A DNA stretch of 64,000 nt, from contig CAZAJO010000006.1 of assembly GCA_964485575.1 (NCBI GenBank), positions 8,990-72,989 on the forward strand, written 5' to 3'. The DNA comes from an uncultured Gammaproteobacteria bacterium (lineage in GTDB: Bacteria; Patescibacteriota; Microgenomatia; Levybacterales; GWA1-39-11). The stretch's first letter is position 1. Each line of letters begins with the position of its first letter. The notes under the pieces were generated by a model. The model was not told the origin of the DNA, searched no databases, and saw only the letters and a list, made by a program, of their open reading frames with translations. This document shows, in pieces, positions 28,248 to 36,548 of the stretch. The position numbers and the translations under genes are program-made.

Positions 28248-29699
28248 GTGTTATCCCCTCTTTTGTTTTTCAGAAAAAAGCACTATCTTCTACTAACTAT
28301 TGTAATTATTTGCGGTTTGTTTGCTACTTGCTACAGCACGCTTTCAATCGTAAGACACACGCAATATGCTTCCTACGGCTATGATCTGGGCATTAATGAT
28401 CAGACTGTGTGGAGGTATAGCAGGTTTGAGCCTCCTATTTCTACAATAGCCCCTTTCCCGGATAGGTCAAAATTAGAGCTTCATGTGGAACTTGTTTATG
28501 CTTTCATTTCTCCTTTCTATTGGTTGTGGTCGACAAGGCGATTTCTTTTGATTATTTCAGCAATTGTCCTGTGTTCCGGTGGTATAGCAACGTATTTACT
28601 AGCGAAGTATAGGTTAAAAGGTGAGCTCATTAGTTTTTCGCTGACTTTTTCCTACTTATTGTTCTATGGTTTGCAGTTTGCTGTTTGGTTTGACGTCCAT
28701 AGCACAGGATTTGGAGCAGCTTTTCTCATGTGGTTTCTGTTGTTTTTAGACAAGAAAAATAAATATTTGTCTTTAGTGTTTTTCTTTTTGACAATCACTT
28801 CTAAAGAAAATATGGCGCTTTATACTTTGGCTATTGCTCTTCTTTATCTTATCAGGAGACGCGAGAAAATTGTTCTTTTTTTCGCAGGGTTTTCCGTAGC
28901 GTACCTGCTTTTTATTTTTTATGTCTTTTTCCCTCATATAATGCACGTTCCGTATCTGTATCAGAATAAGGATGGACTTCTTTCAAATATCAACCCACTC
29001 TATCTTTTCAATTCAGCTGAAAAGCTAAGGACCTTATTCTATACATTTCTCTCAGTTGGGTTTTTGCCTCTCTTAAATCCTCTCACAGTTCCACTTATCA
29101 TGACTCATTTTGCAACTTTCTTTGTGATAGCAAGCGATCTTCCCGGAGCACAAGGTCTATTTGGACACTATCGGGTGACATTGGGACCCCTTCTTACGTG
29201 GTCCACTATCATGACTATTGCCACTTTTAAATTCCTAAATAAAAAATACGTTGCAGTATACCTATTTATTTGTGCATTGATTGTCCAATATACGCTTCAT
29301 TTGCCGCTTTCTTATCTAACAAAGTCATGGTTTTGGACTGTTCCACCTTCTGCTTATACAATAAACAAAATTATCCGTACCTACCTACCAGAAAGAGTGT
29401 CGGTTGCTTTACAAAACAATATAACCCCCCATCTTTCGCACCGCGATCAGATATATACTCTGTACCCTAGTAAAAAAACCTTCGAATCGTCTTCTCCTTG
29501 TGGCAAGAAGGTCTGTAACTGGTTGTCGTGGTATGACCACCCGGAATTTGTCATAGTAGATACTGCAAAGGATTGGGACATCAGACACTTATTGGCAGAC
29601 AGACCAGTCTTTCTTGATGCTTTATCAAATGTTGAAAAATCAGGAGAACTCATTAGGTTTAAGGTTGAGGGAACTACAATCCTCTACAAAACAAGGTGA
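28248..29699 (+). CDS. DUF2079-like multi-pass membrane protein (GT-C-like)
   Basis: GYDLGINDQ, FDVH, KE motif, many TM helices. GTG 28248 chosen because it follows TAGAAT. Confidence 0.75.
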   Translation: MLSPLLFFRKKHYLLLTIVIICGLFATCYSTLSIVRHTQYASYGYDLGINDQTVWRYSRFEPPISTIAPFPDRSKLELHVELVYAFISPFYWLWSTRRFLLIISAIVLCSGGIATYLLAKYRLKGELISFSLTFSYLLFYGLQFAVWFDVHSTGFGAAFLMWFLLFLDKKNKYLSLVFFFLTITSKENMALYTLAIALLYLIRRREKIVLFFAGFSVAYLLFIFYVFFPHIMHVPYLYQNKDGLLSNINPLYLFNSAEKLRTLFYTFLSVGFLPLLNPLTVPLIMTHFATFFVIASDLPGAQGLFGHYRVTLGPLLTWSTIMTIATFKFLNKKYVAVYLFICALIVQYTLHLPLSYLTKSWFWTVPPSAYTINKIIRTYLPERVSVALQNNITPHLSHRDQIYTLYPSKKTFESSSPCGKKVCNWLSWYDHPEFVIVDTAKDWDIRHLLADRPVFLDALSNVEKSGELIRFKVEGTTILYKTR

Positions 29700-29729
29700 A
29701 CCCCTCCTTGTCTTTCGACGCGGAGGGGT
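29700..29729. terminator. Hairpin between convergent genes
   Basis: ACCCCTCC...GGAGGGGT stem with inner GTC-TTTC-GAC. Confidence 0.55.
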
Positions 29730-29759
29730 CAAAATACACCTTTCTTGGAGTACCCGCTC

Positions 29760-30014
29760 TCACGGTAGCCCGAGGGCGAAGAGCGCCAACCACAGAAAGC
29801 CGACAAACAGGATCATTCCCCTGATTGGTTTCTGATCGTCGAAAATCTGACTCGTAAGGTACAGGAAAAATCCTGCTAGACCTGCAAGGACGGCAACATA
29901 CCGAAACCCTTCCCAGAACGAATGAACACTATAGGAAGTTAATATTCCCAATGCCAGAACAACCGGAAATCGCCACCCGTCGAGTGTAGTCAAAACCTTG
30001 GTGCGAATAGACAT
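29760..30014 (-). CDS. Small 3-TM hypothetical protein
   Basis: 84 aa, three hydrophobic helices, SD-like GGAGGG upstream. Confidence 0.7.
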   Translation of the reverse strand: MSIRTKVLTTLDGWRFPVVLALGILTSYSVHSFWEGFRYVAVLAGLAGFFLYLTSQIFDDQKPIRGMILFVGFLWLALFALGLP

Positions 30015-30052
30015 TTCTTCCCTCCGGAAGTAGTTTTTGTACCCACAAGGGT

Positions 30053-30229
30053 CTAGAAGACGCCAAACTCAGCCTGCAGTACTGCTGCAAGCAGGAAGAG
30101 AGTTGTTGAGACTACCTTTCTGAAAAAACTGCGGGACAGTCTCTGGCTACTCATCGAAATGGTAATCAGAAAAAGTCCACTTGCGGCCAGCCAGAAAGAT
30201 GCCAGTAACGCGGTGATAACAACAGCCAT
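30053..30229 (-). CDS. Small 2-TM peptide (58 aa, below ORF-track cutoff)
   Basis: Manual translation MAVVITALLASFWLAASGLFLITISMSSQRLSRSFFRKVVSTTLFLLAAVLQAEFGVF; GGAG upstream. Confidence 0.6.
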   Translation of the reverse strand: MAVVITALLASFWLAASGLFLITISMSSQRLSRSFFRKVVSTTLFLLAAVLQAEFGVF

Positions 30230-30393
30230 TCAAAACTCCAAGTTAAGGTGCAGTCGACAAGCTTGTCGACAGAGACGAATAAACTCATTGCCCGAAAGCT
30301 CCTTTCGAGCTTGTTTTATTAGTAGATGGATTGTAGCACAGCTTATTGACGGGGAGAAACGTATATGTTTATAGTAAATGAAGGCGGGATTCT

Positions 30394-30936
30394 ATGGAGG
30401 AACATCAAGTAGATCACGACCCGCTTTCGGACCTAATTAAGGACAATACTTCTATTAAGAAATCCAAGAAAGATGATTTGATTGACATTCATATAGGAAA
30501 TCCTTTGCGTCGAATTACTCAAATCCTTGAAGAGATCAAAAAGCAAAAAGCTTTCACTTTTGATATCAAGGGTTCACTTGGTATTGCAGGCATTGCGCTC
30601 ACTCTTGGAGCTTTTGGGATTTTTGGTGGAACGAAGGCGCTTTGTAGCAAAGGGGTACAGACAAAGCTGGGGAGAATTCAAAAACTTGCTTATCTAGAAG
30701 AGCAGAATGTAAGTGTTCTTAATAAAATACCAATTTTGAACATGATGTTTATGAAACCTTTATCTAATCGTGTTCTTATGATAGGTAGTGACGGGAAAAT
30801 TGTTCACCTTGCTTTTGAAAATAAGATGGTGCCTCCAAATGAAGCACCAGAAATCGAATATTATGCCACTGGTAATTACGACTCGTGTTCGGAGACATTA
30901 ACTGTTGATACTCCAACCGCTTTTCAAGGAAAGTAA
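30394..30936 (+). CDS. Hypothetical single-pass membrane protein
   Basis: 180 aa, central TM, Cys pair. Confidence 0.7.
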   Translation: MEEHQVDHDPLSDLIKDNTSIKKSKKDDLIDIHIGNPLRRITQILEEIKKQKAFTFDIKGSLGIAGIALTLGAFGIFGGTKALCSKGVQTKLGRIQKLAYLEEQNVSVLNKIPILNMMFMKPLSNRVLMIGSDGKIVHLAFENKMVPPNEAPEIEYYATGNYDSCSETLTVDTPTAFQGK

Positions 30937-30939
30937 TCT

Positions 30940-31902
30940 GTGCTACGATTATTCCAGGCAGGAGAAATTATAAAAGCAGCACTCAAAATACTACTAATAT
31001 TAAGCTTCGGATTCTCTGTGCAATTTCTTTTTCTATTTCTCGTTTTTGCGATAGGTGGCTTTACCCCTGCCTTTCTTAAAGACACTTTGGTGAAGAGTAA
31101 CGTTTACGGTACGGTAAGTTCTAAAATTGAGTCGTTAGCGATCGAATCTTCAGACTCAGAGGATATGATCATGCCTTTTATTAAAGAGCAATTTACCTCT
31201 TCGTATGTTAGGGGTAAAAGCGAGACTCTTATTGATGACACGTTCTCCTGGCTTGATGGAAAGACCTCAACGCCTCCGGTTCTTTCTTTCAAGGAGCTTA
31301 AAGATTCGATTGAGCAAAAGAACCCAGAGTTAATATCTCAATTGCAGCAAATGTCAGTTGAGATGAAGCAACAACAGCAGGAACAAGCAATGCAAGAAGG
31401 GGGGTTGCCTACATCACAAACTGACTCGATGGATTTTAACAAAATGATGAAAAGTGATTTCTCAATTCCGGTAGGTGAAAATCTAAAACCATTAAAGTCC
31501 ATCTACGCTTTCTTCAAGTTTGCTCTTCCACTAACTGCGGTTTACCTGTTGGTACTTTTAGGACTTATTGCTCTTCTTTCTTCAGGAGTAAAAAGTAAGC
31601 TTAAGTGGATTGGGGCTACTTTTATTTCCTCTATATTCTTTTGCTGTTTGCCAATAGTAATAGCGATTGGACTTTCCAAAGCACCTCTTCAATTTGACGT
31701 CAAAAGCCCTGAGATTTCAGGAATTATTTCTTCGATAAGTACCATTGTTGTCAGAGCATTTGCTGAGAAATACTTACAGGTTGAGGTTTTGGGGGTCATG
31801 GCTTTTGTCGCATTTGGAGTCATCTGTTTTATAGCAAGCTCTATGGTTACTTCGACAACACAAGCCAAAACTTCAGTATCTAAAAAACGCAAGACCTCTT
31901 GA
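30940..31902 (+). CDS. Hypothetical membrane protein
   Basis: Four TM helices with a large external loop. Confidence 0.75.
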   Translation: MLRLFQAGEIIKAALKILLILSFGFSVQFLFLFLVFAIGGFTPAFLKDTLVKSNVYGTVSSKIESLAIESSDSEDMIMPFIKEQFTSSYVRGKSETLIDDTFSWLDGKTSTPPVLSFKELKDSIEQKNPELISQLQQMSVEMKQQQQEQAMQEGGLPTSQTDSMDFNKMMKSDFSIPVGENLKPLKSIYAFFKFALPLTAVYLLVLLGLIALLSSGVKSKLKWIGATFISSIFFCCLPIVIAIGLSKAPLQFDVKSPEISGIISSISTIVVRAFAEKYLQVEVLGVMAFVAFGVICFIASSMVTSTTQAKTSVSKKRKTS

Positions 31903-31934
31903 TTCTTTTCTGACTTTTATATATCCTTGCATTC

Positions 31935-32591
31935 GTGTACGGCAGTTCTCCAACTCACAATGATTCAGGGTTTGATAGTAAAATATTGTGGGTTCTGGTA
32001 TGGCTATTAACGTTAGGAATAGTTGCAGTAATAAGTTACGGAATGGGTAAAGGGGGACCCAATTTAGCCCTAAAACCTTCTCCGGTTCCGACTACTTCGC
32101 TACAGGAAATTCCGACCGCTCCCCCACTCAGCTTAACACCAACAAAAACAGCTTCTCCTTCACCGGAGCTTGAAATTTGTGACAAGACAGGACCATCGCA
32201 GAAAAAGGACTATCTGGTCACGTATTACATGAAGGAGGGTGATTCAGTAACGTCTGTTGCTGAAAAAGAACTGGGAGACAGTCGTAGAACTACCGAAATA
32301 ATTGCTCTGAACGAAGGAGGACCAGCACTTGCTGTTGGAAGTGCACTATACCTTCCACCAACAGACATCAAACAATCTTCTGGTCACATTGCCGAGGTAT
32401 CAGGTAAAATAGTCAGAAAAGACAACAGCACATCCTGGCAGCTAGCTTATGGAGCTGGAGTTGACGGACCAGGCATAGCTTTACCAGGGTTCTGGTTCAA
32501 AAATATTGCAACTTCGCAATACAAGATAGGTGACTGTGTAACTATACTCTTTGACAATGGTGTCAAAGTTTATAGTATAAAAAAGTCTTGA
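31935..32591 (+). CDS. Membrane-anchored LysM-like protein
   Basis: TM, Pro/Thr linker, YYMKEGDSVTSVAEKELGD...IIALN...LAVGSALYLP. Confidence 0.75.
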   Translation: MYGSSPTHNDSGFDSKILWVLVWLLTLGIVAVISYGMGKGGPNLALKPSPVPTTSLQEIPTAPPLSLTPTKTASPSPELEICDKTGPSQKKDYLVTYYMKEGDSVTSVAEKELGDSRRTTEIIALNEGGPALAVGSALYLPPTDIKQSSGHIAEVSGKIVRKDNSTSWQLAYGAGVDGPGIALPGFWFKNIATSQYKIGDCVTILFDNGVKVYSIKKS

Positions 32592-32607
32592 TACCTTTAG
32601 TTAAAAA

Positions 32608-32817
32608 TTACTTTTTAGCACAAACCTTACAGTCACTCATATGAGTTGCTGCAAGATAAACAGCTGAAAGTCCAACAAGGATGTAAACAACTTTTTCAAC
32701 GCCTCCCATAGATCCGAGAAGCATTGTTACCAAGTTAAAATTAAGAAGACCAACAAGTCCCCAATTGACACCTCCAACTACTACTAAAATAAAAGCGAGC
32801 ATGTGTAACCACTTCAT
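32608..32817 (-). CDS. DUF378 family protein
   Basis: LVVVGGVNWGLVGL.NFNLV...VYILVGLSAVY; strong SD GGAGGTGA. Confidence 0.9.
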   Translation of the reverse strand: MKWLHMLAFILVVVGGVNWGLVGLLNFNLVTMLLGSMGGVEKVVYILVGLSAVYLAATHMSDCKVCAKK

Positions 32818-32883
32818 ATTTACTCACCTCCCTTCACTTTTACGACACTTAATATATAGTAGCACTTCTTGTATACTAAATGT

Positions 32884-33333
32884 GTGAAAAGAAAAGTTCT
32901 TCTTATTGTCAGCCTCATCCTTTTTTTCGTTGTACCCGGCAAGGTAAGTGCTCAGGACATAAGTACGACAGACAAACTCATAACTGTTGATATAGGAAAA
33001 CAAAAATTGTACGCGTGGGAAGGTGGCAAAGTTCTTCAGGAGTTCAGGGTATCGACCGGTATGCGCTACACACCTACCGTGAAAGGAAGCTTTAAAATCC
33101 GCTCCAAAATTGAAAAGCAAAATATGAAGGGCAATTACCCTCCCTACGAGCCATATTTTAGAAAAGATGTTCCCAATGTTATGTATTTCTATCAAGCTTA
33201 TGCCATCCATGGTGTTTATTGGCACAGTCTTTTTGGGTCACGCGCCTCACATGGATGTGTAAATTTGTCAGTTGCTGATTCAAAATGGGTGTTTGACTGG
33301 GCACAAGTAGGAACTAGGGTTGAAGTGTTCTAA
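32884..33333 (+). CDS. L,D-transpeptidase (YkuD family)
   Basis: ITVDIGKQKLY, VSTG, AIHG.YWH...ASHGCVN. GTG start 6 nt after TATACT. Confidence 0.92.
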   Translation: MKRKVLLIVSLILFFVVPGKVSAQDISTTDKLITVDIGKQKLYAWEGGKVLQEFRVSTGMRYTPTVKGSFKIRSKIEKQNMKGNYPPYEPYFRKDVPNVMYFYQAYAIHGVYWHSLFGSRASHGCVNLSVADSKWVFDWAQVGTRVEVF

Positions 33334-33686
33334 GCGGGAACCTCGAGACTTCCTTGTGGAATTGTCTGAAAAAGATCGATATTTGGATTCTCTTCTGATA
33401 CTTTTTTCCTAACTCGTTCTTGCTCGACCAAATGATTAATGGCTGTATAACCTACTCCAGACCTTATATCAGAATCCTCGATTATGCGACCCTCCTCAAA
33501 ATTTGCACGGATTTCCCTCACTTTTTGACTAGCTTGCGAAGGAGTCCACCACTCTATGCCCTCTCTCTCAAGGAGAATACCAGCAGTTAAGTATTCAGCT
33601 TCAAGAATGGCAAATCTTTCTGCTTGTTGATTTGCTCTACCCGATTCTGCCAGATAACTGTCGCCTCTGAACATATTTATTTCCAT
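33330..33686 (-). CDS. Hypothetical protein
   Basis: 118-aa ORF with TATAAT just upstream. Confidence 0.7.
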   Translation of the reverse strand: MEINMFRGDSYLAESGRANQQAERFAILEAEYLTAGILLEREGIEWWTPSQASQKVREIRANFEEGRIIEDSDIRSGVGYTAINHLVEQERVRKKVSEENPNIDLFQTIPQGSLEVPA

Positions 33687-33745
33687 TTTGCGATTATAGT
33701 ACTCTTGAGGCTAAATTACAAATACCACAGGGTTGTGCACTTAAC

Positions 33746-33774
33746 TTGACAAAAATTCAAAAAAGCTCTAACGT
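33746..33774 (+). promoter_or_regulatory. Sigma70-type promoter with no downstream protein gene
   Basis: TTGACA-17 bp-TAACGT. Confidence 0.6.
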
Positions 33775-33779
33775 TAATA

Positions 33780-33981
33780 TAGTCCAACCAAAAGAATTGG
33801 ATCCGATTCCTAGGAAGGACGGTACATTGAAGGAAGAGTCTACTAGAAGGCGATTCTGGAGAAGTATCAGTAGGGATAGTTAGGACTATTTTGTTAAAAC
33901 AGACCGTAAAAAAGTTTGTTTATATAACAAAATGATCCAAAAAAAACAAAAAGGCCTGTGTAATAGCAGGCCTTTTTGTTT
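33780..33981 (+). ncRNA. Candidate structured small RNA (about 200 nt)
   Basis: Lies between a promoter and a terminator. Stems ATAGTCC/GGACTAT, ATTCCTA/TAGGGAT and TTTTGTTA/TAACAAAA. Family not recognised. Confidence 0.5.
33944..33981. terminator. Bidirectional intrinsic terminator
   Basis: AAACAAAAAGGCCTG-8 nt-CAGGCCTTTTTGTTT, a 15-bp inverted repeat with U-tracts in both directions. Confidence 0.9.
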
Positions 33982-33984
33982 GTA

Positions 33985-34317
33985 TTAGGCTGTTGCAATA
34001 ACATCTGCTCTACCTTTAAGTCTTGCGTTCTCAATTTCAAGTTCCTGAATTTTTCTTTTTAGGTCTTTATTATTCTTCCTTTCTGAGTTTAGTGTGCTGT
34101 TTTTGCCCCGCATTATAAATGCAGTACCAACAGAGTTCACCAAAAAGATTATCCAAGAGAAGACGAGTGTAAGCAAAACACTTCCAAGTACGACTAGGTA
34201 AAGAGGTACTCCCGGAATGCTATATGAGCTGAGATGGATCGTAACCAAACCTCCATTTTGCAGTGCAAAAAAAGCTATTGCTATCCCAAATATTATTGTT
34301 ATTATTAACTCCAACAT
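33985..34317 (-). CDS. LapA (DUF1049) family membrane protein
   Basis: IAFFALQN...VPLYLVVLGS plus C-terminal coiled coil; SD AGGAGGTG. Confidence 0.8.
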   Translation of the reverse strand: MLELIITIIFGIAIAFFALQNGGLVTIHLSSYSIPGVPLYLVVLGSVLLTLVFSWIIFLVNSVGTAFIMRGKNSTLNSERKNNKDLKRKIQELEIENARLKGRADVIATA

Positions 34318-34333
34318 ATTGTTCACCTCCTTC

Positions 34334-34795
34334 TTAAAAACTTCCTATAAGTTGTAGGGCCTGAACTTTGCTCTTACGGTCTTGATTCAAAAGTTCAACT
34401 GACTCAGTCTCCTTAAGACGCAACCCCTCAACTACGCTTTTCAGTTTTTGCGCACTATCATGCGTGAGCCATTGGAATACAGTGTCAACCCCATCTCCAT
34501 AGCTTCCTTTTATTCGGATACCCGAAAAGAAGATAGATTGCGTTAGCTCAAAAACTGTCACTCTACTCAAGGGTACGGTAGTGATAACAGTAAAAAATGG
34601 GAAGTATCTCCTTTTAATTACCAATCTCTTCTCTTCAACGACCAGCTCGTCGGGGATGAGATCAAAAGGCCAGGTTCCTTTAGCCTTATAAAGAAAAGCC
34701 GAAACCTGAGAAGCTGCAACGACCGTTCGCTCGAAATTTTTCTTTACTACTACATATGGCTCTACTTTTTTTGAGATGTTTTTTTTCAGTTCCAT
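34334..34795 (-). CDS. Hypothetical protein (possible PH-like fold)
   Basis: WPFDLIPDELVVEEKRLVIKRRYFPF... Confidence 0.65.
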   Translation of the reverse strand: MELKKNISKKVEPYVVVKKNFERTVVAASQVSAFLYKAKGTWPFDLIPDELVVEEKRLVIKRRYFPFFTVITTVPLSRVTVFELTQSIFFSGIRIKGSYGDGVDTVFQWLTHDSAQKLKSVVEGLRLKETESVELLNQDRKSKVQALQLIGSF

Positions 34796-34796
34796 A

Positions 34797-35051
34797 TTAA
34801 ATATCTTGCAATTGCGATATTAGTATTTGTGTTTGTGATTCAATCTGCCTTGTTGCTTGATTTACCTCTTGTTCCCGATCATTCTCTGCCGTTTGTTTCA
34901 GTCTATCGATTTCTTGCTCAGCCGCCTGTTGCAGTAGAGATATGTCAGCGTCTAGCTTTTGGTTCACGGTCTCGATTTCGTGAGATAAACGTGTATCTAT
35001 GGAAGTTAACCTGCTTTTAATTTCGTTGATGTCTGATATTGGAGTATTCAT
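34797..35051 (-). CDS. Hypothetical coiled-coil protein
   Basis: Gln/Glu-rich helical ORF. Start ATG 35051 preferred because ATG 35078 lies in a hairpin loop. Confidence 0.65.
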   Translation of the reverse strand: MNTPISDINEIKSRLTSIDTRLSHEIETVNQKLDADISLLQQAAEQEIDRLKQTAENDREQEVNQATRQIESQTQILISQLQDI

Positions 35052-35063
35052 ATATTTTCTGAG

Positions 35064-35093
35064 TTCTGCAGGAGGCATAAACCTCCTGCAGAA
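35064..35093. terminator. 12-bp hairpin downstream of the YtxH-like gene
   Basis: TTCTGCAGGAGG-CATAAA-CCTCCTGCAGAA with no U-tract; may be a stabiliser or weak terminator. Confidence 0.6.
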
Positions 35094-35104
35094 TGTCTGT
35101 CTTT

Positions 35105-35419
35105 TTACTTGGTCGCATAAACAACCTTTTTGCTCTCAAGTGCCCCTTGAGCAACAGAATCCTTTGCGATCTCGCCAATTTTCTTAGCTTTTATTTCTCC
35201 TTCTCTAAGGTTTTTTTTAACCTCTTTTTTCTTCCTCTCGGTATATCCAGTTACACTGTCTTTGAACTGGGTAAGAACTTCTTTGACCATTTCACGATTT
35301 TTCTTATCCCTCAAGATCAAAGCTCCTGTTACGCCTATTCCTGCCCCGACGACGGCTCCAGCTACTGTAGAGACAACCGGATTAGTTTTTTCTGTGGAAT
35401 CTTTAAGTTGATTTGTCAT
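35105..35419 (-). CDS. YtxH-like general stress protein
   Basis: VAGAVVGAGIGVTGALIL.DKKNR plus a charged helix; SD AGGAGGTGA. Confidence 0.7.
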   Translation of the reverse strand: MTNQLKDSTEKTNPVVSTVAGAVVGAGIGVTGALILRDKKNREMVKEVLTQFKDSVTGYTERKKKEVKKNLREGEIKAKKIGEIAKDSVAQGALESKKVVYATK

Positions 35420-35476
35420 AGTCACCTCCTTTTTTTGCTATCTCCATTTAACCTTTTCAACATAAGAGGGGAAGAT

Positions 35477-35490
35477 GAGAAATGTGAGAA
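35477..35490 (-). promoter_or_regulatory. Putative response-regulator box, copy 1
   Basis: GAGAAATGTGAGAA, identical to 38927-38940 and at the same distance from a -10-like hexamer. Confidence 0.6.
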
Positions 35491-35504
35491 ATGTGTATGA
35501 AACT

Positions 35505-36548
35505 TTATGCGGCAAGTGGAAAATATGGAGATAGGTCCAAAACTACTTTACCGGACTGCCATGGACTTGCAGCAACTATGCCCCTGTCTGGTCCTAGTCC
35601 ATATTCGTCTTGGAACATATACTCAATTCGGATAGCTTGCGATGTAAAACTTTCAACAGCCTTTCTGACTGTAAATTCGCTAAAATCCTCAGGTATCCCA
35701 AAATCACGATATATTTTTTGTATAACCTCAGGATTAAGTGTTGGAGGAACAACAAGGCCTGGCATTCTTGCCTCAAGAATAGAAGGAGGATTGTCTCCAC
35801 TGAATCGCATTGCTTTTACTTGTCTGTCAAGCGCCCATTGAGCTATAAGCTCATCTTCCTCTTTTCCAATAACCTGAATGTGTTCTCTTTTTCCCATCTC
35901 TTGATACTTTTCTATTATGCCTGAAGCATACATCCTTGTTTTTGGTATGCCTTGAACATCAATATTATGTCTTTCCATATATTCAAATAATTCATCTGGC
36001 TGCATACTTTCAATTTCCGCACGAAGATAACCGCTGTGGATTTGGTTGGTTAGAACTTGCGGTAGTCCTATTAAGATCGTGTCATTGTCTTGTCCCGATG
36101 ACATCTTCCCCAAAAAGTTATGTAATGTTTTCTTGCCTCTGTTTTTTACATCTGTTCTACCTACACCGACATTTTCAAAGTTTTTAACTTTTAAAAATGC
36201 TTCTTCAAGTTCTTCATTGAATTGGTCTCCTTCATTTTTATCATTTGTTGCAGATAACACGAGGTCATATTGAGCCATCGAGTGATCATATGCTACACCA
36301 ATGGTATTTGCATTTTCCCGTGCGCAGGCAATCACTTGAGTCATCAAAGTTGTTTTTCCAACCCCTGATGACCCAAAATATCCAAGTCTTTTTCCTTCTA
36401 ATGCCTTTTGAATAAGAAATTTAGGTAAGTCCCTGCCAAATGGTCTGACGTCATAAACTGAAGCCAATACATTATATTTTTCTGGATTTACAACAATTTC
36501 TCCAAGAAGAATCTCTGATTTTGTTTGACCTATTAGCTCTTTACCCAT
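35505..36548 (-). CDS. Hypothetical P-loop protein
   Basis: LGYFGSSGVGKTT (Walker A); remainder unrecognised. Confidence 0.7.
   Translation of the reverse strand: MGKELIGQTKSEILLGEIVVNPEKYNVLASVYDVRPFGRDLPKFLIQKALEGKRLGYFGSSGVGKTTLMTQVIACARENANTIGVAYDHSMAQYDLVLSATNDKNEGDQFNEELEEAFLKVKNFENVGVGRTDVKNRGKKTLHNFLGKMSSGQDNDTILIGLPQVLTNQIHSGYLRAEIESMQPDELFEYMERHNIDVQGIPKTRMYASGIIEKYQEMGKREHIQVIGKEEDELIAQWALDRQVKAMRFSGDNPPSILEARMPGLVVPPTLNPEVIQKIYRDFGIPEDFSEFTVRKAVESFTSQAIRIEYMFQDEYGLGPDRGIVAASPWQSGKVVLDLSPYFPLAA

Noticed and set aside
30253-30270. SalI-HindIII-SalI palindrome as cloning-vector contamination
   Set aside because: No other vector sequence; it sits in a coherent promoter-leader-ORF context.
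33780-33981. T-box, tmRNA, RNase P or SRP identity for the sRNA candidate
   Set aside because: No T-box UGGNACC antiterminator and no downstream sense gene; tRNA-like ends, GAGGAAAGUCC and the SRP domain IV motif are absent.
35064-35093. SD-sequestering translational switch (AGGAGG in the stem, ATG in the loop)
   Set aside because: The SD-ATG spacing is only 3 nt; the simpler reading is a post-YtxH hairpin with the start at 35051.
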